NCBI GenBank assembly: GCA_022605425.2
Contig: JAKIMF020000013.1
Span: 744,001 to 808,000 of the forward strand
Length of the DNA stretch: 64,000 bases
Direction: 5' to 3'
From: Hamiltosporidium tvaerminnensis FI-OER-3-3
Taxonomy: Eukaryota; Fungi; Microsporidia
Notes under the pieces: model-generated
Told to the model about the DNA's origin: nothing
The model's input: the letters and a program-made list of their open reading frames with translations, nothing else
Databases searched by the model: none
Shown: in pieces, positions 61,080 to 64,000 of the stretch
How the letters are laid out: the number at the start of each line of letters is the position of its first letter
How positions within the stretch are numbered: position 1 is the stretch's first letter
Translations under genes and position numbers: made by a program

Positions 61080-64000
61080 TTATTTAATAAAATTCTGGGT
61101 TAAAATATTTTTAACATTTTTATATGTTTTCTTCTACCTCTTTAACCACTATTGTTTCTTCTTCCAAATCCGACTCTTCATTTATGTTATTGGTCGGTTC
61201 CTCCAGAGTGGTTCCTCCTTGTGAAATAAGGGGTGTATTATTTTTTGGTTTTAAAATTTTAACACCATCTTCCTCTCTTTTCGCTTCTTTTAAAGGGGGT
61301 ATTGGTTCCTCATGCATCTCTGATCTCATAATAACACCCATTGACGCTCTCTCCCAGCTCTCTTCGGCATTTAGTCCTGACTCAAGTCCTCTTCGTCGAT
61401 CAAAGGAAATTGTTTCGACTGTTTTCTTAAGTACTATAGACTGAATGTATGCCTCTACATTCATGGGTATTTCTAGTCTTTTAAGATGAGATTTATGGTA
61501 TTTTGTCACAATACCGTCCCAGGTCATCACATAAGGGATTATCTCAACACTACACTTATAAATAAGACCCAACTCATTGGCTAGCAGGTCATACTTCCTA
61601 AGTTTTTCAGTTTCAACTATTTGAAGTGAATCTTGGGAAGTGATTCCTACTTCAATGAGTGTTATCTTATTCTTCTTCTTATCTAAAATAAATATGTCCG
61701 GTCTGTTATTCCGAATTTTAACATCAGTTTTAATTCTGGTGTCCACTCTTATCTCTGCATACTCATTATCAAGAATTTCTTGAACTGAGTGGCTCCTTAT
61801 TCGTTTTGAAGACTTAAACTTATATCTATTTAGAAGAAGAAGGTGTAGGCATCTGACCACTTCATTATGCCGTCTAGTGTAATCATGGCCTAGCATTTTT
61901 TCGCATCTAGTTGCTAGATGATCCACAGTCTTACCAGACTTCCCGCAATGTTGACACACACCATCTGCTCCCCAGAATACATTTCTATCCTGGATATAGC
62001 AGAACACAGCTTCATTTCGTGGCCTAATATTTCCTCTCTTTAGCCACCTTGAAGAGTCACTAACACTCACAAGCTCATTTTTTCTTGCATTATATAACTT
62101 TGAATGGAGTTTTCGTTTTTCTATTTCGTTATATAGTTTTGCAAGTTGAGCTTCTTCTAAACTTTTCTTAGTGACTTCTTCTACCAACCTGTACTTTACT
62201 TTTAAGAAGCCTTTTATTAGTGCAAGATGGGTTTTATTATTATTCTCCACCTTGAGGATTGCTGCTCGTCTAGTTGATATTTCTTTACTTTTTTCCAGAC
62301 AATCCAAGAGTTGCAGAAGCATATGTTCGCTTCTCAACTCAACACTATGTAGGCCTCTTCCAAGTTCTGTTCTAGGAAGATACAACCGCTCTTTACATCC
62401 TGGGCGGAGATGTATCTTATTTTTAACCAACACCGCACGCACTGCATCATCTAACTTAGAGAAGTCAGCCGGTTCAAGTCGAAGTACTCCTATGTGGTAG
62501 TTGATTAACGATATCGCATGTTGATTGATTGCAGAAAATAAATTTTTTGCATTTAATCTAGTGTGACAAAGTCTTTCAACTCTTGATATAAGTTTGCTCT
62601 GTACTTCTTCAAATGAGCTACGTGTTGGGATTCCTCTGCTGTCTTCTATTATTCCTAAATATTTGTAAACACTAACACCTTCTAGAAGAGTAGCAGTATC
62701 TTCACAACACGTATCATTTGTGGCTGACTTCTCTTTGTTAATCTCTAAGCCAATCACCTCTAAAAATTCCTTTGCCTCGCCTGTCATAGCACTCAATGTG
62801 GAGCTGTCTTTTGCAAGGAGCTTAAGATCATCAATAAACAAGAGATGATTAGTAGAATGGGATTCTGCATCTGTTTGTACTGTCACTTTTGTGTATTTTT
62901 CATTAAGCTTTCGGCTTAATGGATCCATACACAACACAAATAACAAAGGTGACAGACTATCTCCTTGTAGAATCCCTCTATCAATCTTCTTGCTCATGAT
63001 TTTTTCAGGCCCTACTGATATATCAATTTTCCATTTTGATATAATTACCTTAATAAATTTCAGGATCCAATCAGGTAAATTAAGGTTTTCAATGCATTGA
63101 GTTAAATAAGCATGATCTATTGAATCATAAGCTTTTTTAACATCAATCCATGTTGCCTTAAGATTATTTCCATACTCTTTATTTAAGGCAATATTCAGTA
63201 GAGCCTGCTCTTTCGCTCCCTGCACACCTCTTACCGCCCCTAATTGGTTCTCTGCAAGCAACCCTCGCCTTTCCACTTCAAGTTGAACGACCTTTGTTAC
63301 ACACTTTGTCGTTAACTTGTAGAGGTTGGACATACAAGTGATTGGCCTGTAGTCAGAGCCTCTTCGTGGAATTCCTTTCGGTATCAAATACGTAAGCCCG
63401 CAGTAAAACCAATCAGCTTGAGGTGTTCCTTCTAAACATATAACTTTCACAATATCATAAAGATATTTGTGAAGAGTTGTAAGTTTCTTAATGAAAAAAT
63501 TGTAAATACCATCAATTCCAGCAGCTTTCCAATTGGGAAGCCAATTAATGATATTTACAAATTCATCAAGTGAAGGAAACGTGGTCGGATGATTATCTGA
63601 TACAAATGGAATCAAATAATCATCGTACGTGACTGTGTCATCATTTTTGTTCCACATTGTAGACCAAAAACTCACAATTTCATCACGGCTAACCACATGC
63701 TCAATTTCTACACGCTCAGATAACCCACGATAAAATCGACCTCGGAAAAGCTCAAACATACGATTCTCTTTTCGGAATTGCTTCCTACTTTCATGCATCG
63801 TAATTTTTTTCTCGTAAACATTCAAAGACTCATTCTTCTTAACTAAAGCCTCAGAAAGATCAGTTACGCTGCTCAAGTTTAAATTAAACTCTCGCATGAT
63901 TTTCTTAAGGCTCTTCGTTTCCGAAGTGGAGAGCTTTTCCTGCTTACGCGCCTTCTCGAGAAGATCTTTGGAAAGTACTAACTTAGAAATTTTACTTTCT
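61080..64000 (-). mobile_element. Second young copy of the RLE retrotransposon, continuing beyond the window
   Basis: Reverse complement of ~31272-34192, with the same 40-nt 3' UTR. Confidence 0.96.
61120..64000 (-). CDS. RT-RLE retrotransposon protein, partial (N-terminus outside window; the ATG at 63897 is internal)
   Basis: The 925-aa translation appears identical to the C-terminal 925 aa of 30391-34152. Confidence 0.94.
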   Translation of the reverse strand, partial: ESKISKLVLSKDLLEKARKQEKLSTSETKSLKKIMREFNLNLSSVTDLSEALVKKNESLNVYEKKITMHESRKQFRKENRMFELFRGRFYRGLSERVEIEHVVSRDEIVSFWSTMWNKNDDTVTYDDYLIPFVSDNHPTTFPSLDEFVNIINWLPNWKAAGIDGIYNFFIKKLTTLHKYLYDIVKVICLEGTPQADWFYCGLTYLIPKGIPRRGSDYRPITCMSNLYKLTTKCVTKVVQLEVERRGLLAENQLGAVRGVQGAKEQALLNIALNKEYGNNLKATWIDVKKAYDSIDHAYLTQCIENLNLPDWILKFIKVIISKWKIDISVGPEKIMSKKIDRGILQGDSLSPLLFVLCMDPLSRKLNEKYTKVTVQTDAESHSTNHLLFIDDLKLLAKDSSTLSAMTGEAKEFLEVIGLEINKEKSATNDTCCEDTATLLEGVSVYKYLGIIEDSRGIPTRSSFEEVQSKLISRVERLCHTRLNAKNLFSAINQHAISLINYHIGVLRLEPADFSKLDDAVRAVLVKNKIHLRPGCKERLYLPRTELGRGLHSVELRSEHMLLQLLDCLEKSKEISTRRAAILKVENNNKTHLALIKGFLKVKYRLVEEVTKKSLEEAQLAKLYNEIEKRKLHSKLYNARKNELVSVSDSSRWLKRGNIRPRNEAVFCYIQDRNVFWGADGVCQHCGKSGKTVDHLATRCEKMLGHDYTRRHNEVVRCLHLLLLNRYKFKSSKRIRSHSVQEILDNEYAEIRVDTRIKTDVKIRNNRPDIFILDKKKNKITLIEVGITSQDSLQIVETEKLRKYDLLANELGLIYKCSVEIIPYVMTWDGIVTKYHKSHLKRLEIPMNVEAYIQSIVLKKTVETISFDRRRGLESGLNAEESWERASMGVIMRSEMHEEPIPPLKEAKREEDGVKILKPKNNTPLISQGGTTLEEPTNNINEESDLEEETIVVKEVEENI

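Overview
Very AT-rich, gene-poor eukaryotic DNA, most consistent with a large-genome microsporidian (inferred from CCC/CCT motifs 4 nt before ATG, intron-free genes and reduced housekeeping proteins). Only two clear housekeeping genes are present: MBF1 (11936-12238) and a Prp5/DDX46-like DEAD-box helicase (40608-42581). Three paralogues of an unknown secreted-protein family (signal peptide, variable N-terminus, shared C-terminal domain) are all disrupted. The rest is mobile DNA and decayed coding sequence. (i) An R4/Dong-like RT + restriction-like-endonuclease (RLE) non-LTR retrotransposon in five copies: one full-length with a 13-bp TSD, one apparently identical copy running off the window end, and three older 5'-truncated copies. 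(ii) A ~235-bp RTE-derived bipartite short element (family A, 4 copies). (iii) An unexplained ~700-725-bp non-coding, hairpin-rich retroposed element (family B, 4 copies, one with a perfect 13-bp TSD). (iv) Remnants of an RTE LINE, a DDE integrase element and possibly a hAT transposase. Best candidate for an undescribed system: a nearly UTR-less RLE retrotransposon (4-nt leader, 40-nt 3' UTR) inserted directly behind a host gene's CCT start-proximal motif, plus family B as a putative structured-RNA non-autonomous partner sharing its tail-less TTAAATAAA 3' end and a TTAA(A)CCYAGA motif. All alignments and folds were done by eye.
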